A stretch of 64,000 nt of DNA, from contig CAVPJU010000010.1 in the NCBI GenBank assembly GCA_963705505.1, positions 1-64,000 on the forward strand, written 5' to 3'. Positions within the stretch are counted from its first letter, which is position 1. Every line of letters starts with the position of its first letter. A program made the position numbers and the translations under genes. This stretch comes from an uncultured bacterium. GTDB taxonomy: Bacteria; Desulfobacterota_D; UBA1144; Nemesobacterales; UBA2774. Below, piece after piece: positions 62,030 to 64,000 of the stretch. The notes under the pieces were generated by a model that worked only from the letters and a program-made list of their open reading frames with translations, made no database searches and was not told where the DNA came from.

Positions 62030-63685
62030 ATGCTCGTCGGACTCAACCTCAAAAATTTTACCGTCATTGACGAAATCGCCGTAAGCTTCGGTCCCGGACT
62101 CAATATAATCACCGGAGAGACAGGGGCGGGCAAATCCGTCATAGTCGATGCCGTGAACGTGATACTCGGGGATAAGGTGTCCCCGGAGTACATAAAAACG
62201 GGCAGGGAGGAGGCACACCTGGAGGCGCTTTTCGACGTATCCGAAAATGCCGCTCTCAGGGAGAGGCTCGATTCCCTCGGATTCGACACCCCGGACGGCG
62301 AACTCCTCGTAAAGCGCATAATCTACCGTAAGGGCAGGAGCAGGGCCTTTATAAACGGCGGCATAGCCACTCTCTCCATACTCGAGCAGGCAAGCGAAGG
62401 AATAATAGACATATTCAGCCAGCACGAGCACCAGAGCCTCCTCAGGGCGGAGAACCATGTGAAAGTTTTGGATGAGTACGGCGGGCACGCAGGGCTCGTA
62501 TCGGAGTTGAGGGAGATTTACGGCAGGTGGAGGGGCGTGAATAGAGAGCTCGACAGGCTCGTGGAGAGTCAGAAAACGCTCTTCGAGAGGGAAGACTTCC
62601 TCAAGTTCCAGTGCGCTGAGATAGACGACGCGCTCTTGAGAGAAGGGGAGGACACGGAGCTCGAGGACGAAAAGAAGAGGCTCCTTAACAGCGAGCGTCT
62701 CCTTTCGGCGGCGCGGGGTGCGTACGAGGCTCTATACGAGAGCGAGCCTTCACTCCTCGGGTCATTGAAGAGGCTCTCCTCGGATGTTCAGGACGCGAGC
62801 AGGATAGACGTCTCGCTCAGGCAGGCGGCGGAATCCATCGAAAACGCGGCTCTCCAGTTAAAGGACGCCGCTTTCACACTCAGGGACTACGCATCGGAGC
62901 TCAGCTTCGAGAGCGGCAGGCTCGAAGTGATCGAGAGCAGGCTTCAGGAGATAAAGGACCTCAAAAGGAAATTCGGCGAGACGATCATAGATATACTGAG
63001 AAAGAGAGAAGAGCTCGGAAGGGAGCTCCACGGCATAGCGAGCTACGAGGGTGAGGTCTCGAAGCTGAGAGAGGAGTCCGAGAAGATTAGGATCGAGCTC
63101 TATTCAAAGGCTGAAAAGCTCTCGAAGCTGAGGAAGGAATCGGCGGTTAAATTGAGCAGGTCCATCGAAAAGGAGCTCAAGGATGTAGGCATAAAGGGCG
63201 CAAGGTTTTCAGTAGCTTTCGGAGAGAAGGACGTCTCCGCCGACGGAATGGACGACGTCTCGTTCCTCTTCTCTGCAAACCCGGACGAAGATCCGAAACC
63301 CCTTACGAGAGTGGCTTCGGGTGGAGAGCTCTCGCGCATAATGCTCGTCTTAAAGGAGCTCATCGCGAAGATGGAGGGTGGCTCCGTGATCATATTCGAC
63401 GAGGCGGATTCGGGTATAGGCGGCGCCGTCGCCGAGACTGTCGGAAAGAAGATACGGAATCTCTCGGAGCACTGTCAGGTGATATGCATCACGCACCTGC
63501 CTCAAGTGGCTAAATTCGCCGATACGCATCTACTCGTGACGAAGACGCTTGAGGACAAAAAAACGCGTGTCGGGATACGGAGCCTCGGGCGGGAAGAAAG
63601 GGTCAGGGAGCTCGCCCGCATGATTGGCGGTATAAACGTAACCGAGAAAACTATCGAAACCGCAAAGGAGATGCTCGGCAACTAG
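62030..63685 (+). CDS. recN: DNA repair protein RecN
   Basis: TGETGAGKS, ASGGELSR, FDEAD, ITHLPQVA. Confidence 0.96.
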   Translation: MLVGLNLKNFTVIDEIAVSFGPGLNIITGETGAGKSVIVDAVNVILGDKVSPEYIKTGREEAHLEALFDVSENAALRERLDSLGFDTPDGELLVKRIIYRKGRSRAFINGGIATLSILEQASEGIIDIFSQHEHQSLLRAENHVKVLDEYGGHAGLVSELREIYGRWRGVNRELDRLVESQKTLFEREDFLKFQCAEIDDALLREGEDTELEDEKKRLLNSERLLSAARGAYEALYESEPSLLGSLKRLSSDVQDASRIDVSLRQAAESIENAALQLKDAAFTLRDYASELSFESGRLEVIESRLQEIKDLKRKFGETIIDILRKREELGRELHGIASYEGEVSKLREESEKIRIELYSKAEKLSKLRKESAVKLSRSIEKELKDVGIKGARFSVAFGEKDVSADGMDDVSFLFSANPDEDPKPLTRVASGGELSRIMLVLKELIAKMEGGSVIIFDEADSGIGGAVAETVGKKIRNLSEHCQVICITHLPQVAKFADTHLLVTKTLEDKKTRVGIRSLGREERVRELARMIGGINVTEKTIETAKEMLGN

Positions 63686-63737
63686 ATTCGCCGCGAGGGG
63701 ATTTCAAACCGGCGAATGAGTAAGGGCTTGATCGAAA

Positions 63738-64000
63738 ATGCCTATAAGCGTTAAAGAGACGGAGCTTCCCGGAGTACTGGTGATAGAGTCCGAAATACAC
63801 TCGGACGCCAGGGGTTTCTACAAAGACGTATACCACCTTGAAAAGTACAGCTCCTCCGGCCTCGGTATGACGTTCGTTCAGGACAACCACTCACATTCGG
63901 TCAAGAATGTGCTCCGCGGAATTTATTACCAGATGACTAAGCCCCAGGGCAAACTCGTTATGGCAATAACCGGAGAGATTTTCGACGTGGCGGTGGATAT
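63738..64000 (+). CDS. rmlC: dTDP-4-dehydrorhamnose 3,5-epimerase family, runs off window
   Basis: Manual translation MPISVKETELPGVLVIE..DARGF..FVQDNHSHS..VLRGIYYQ..PQGKLV..GEIFDVAVD. Confidence 0.88.
   Translation, partial: MPISVKETELPGVLVIESEIHSDARGFYKDVYHLEKYSSSGLGMTFVQDNHSHSVKNVLRGIYYQMTKPQGKLVMAITGEIFDVAVD

Overview
Bacterial chromosomal window, mostly GC-rich. Gene content and an IPTL-CTERM protein suggest a deltaproteobacteria-like lineage, possibly Ca. Dadabacteria (inference only). Housekeeping blocks are alr-mlaEFD-parB, MaoC dehydratase, hflX, xseB-ispA-tlyA, tal, rpsT, holA, lipB, ndk, proA-sigma70-recN and a partial rmlC. Three accessory parts stand out. (1) 1.5-4.35 kb: a DnaB-N/AAA_25 helicase gene split by one base, followed by an AT-rich three-gene cassette ending in a retropepsin-like protease. 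The cassette is bracketed by two inverted copies of a ~60-bp iteron-like palindrome. (2) ~20.9-40.5 kb: an accessory region with ppk2, a Na/Pi transporter, DUF2252 and a four-Cache protein. Within it the pgm-glgP-xfp operon lies between two direct copies of the promoter and first 7 codons of a radical SAM gene, which looks like an integration scar. (3) 53.5-59.1 kb: an SxtJ-like/carbamoyltransferase/DUF5989 trio followed by nucleotide-sugar and APS kinase genes. Several intergenic REP-like hairpin families and apparently leaderless genes are visible. Five genes carry frameshifts that may be sequencing errors. No rRNA, tRNA, CRISPR array, integrase or transposase was recognised. All family calls are from motif recognition by eye, not database searches.
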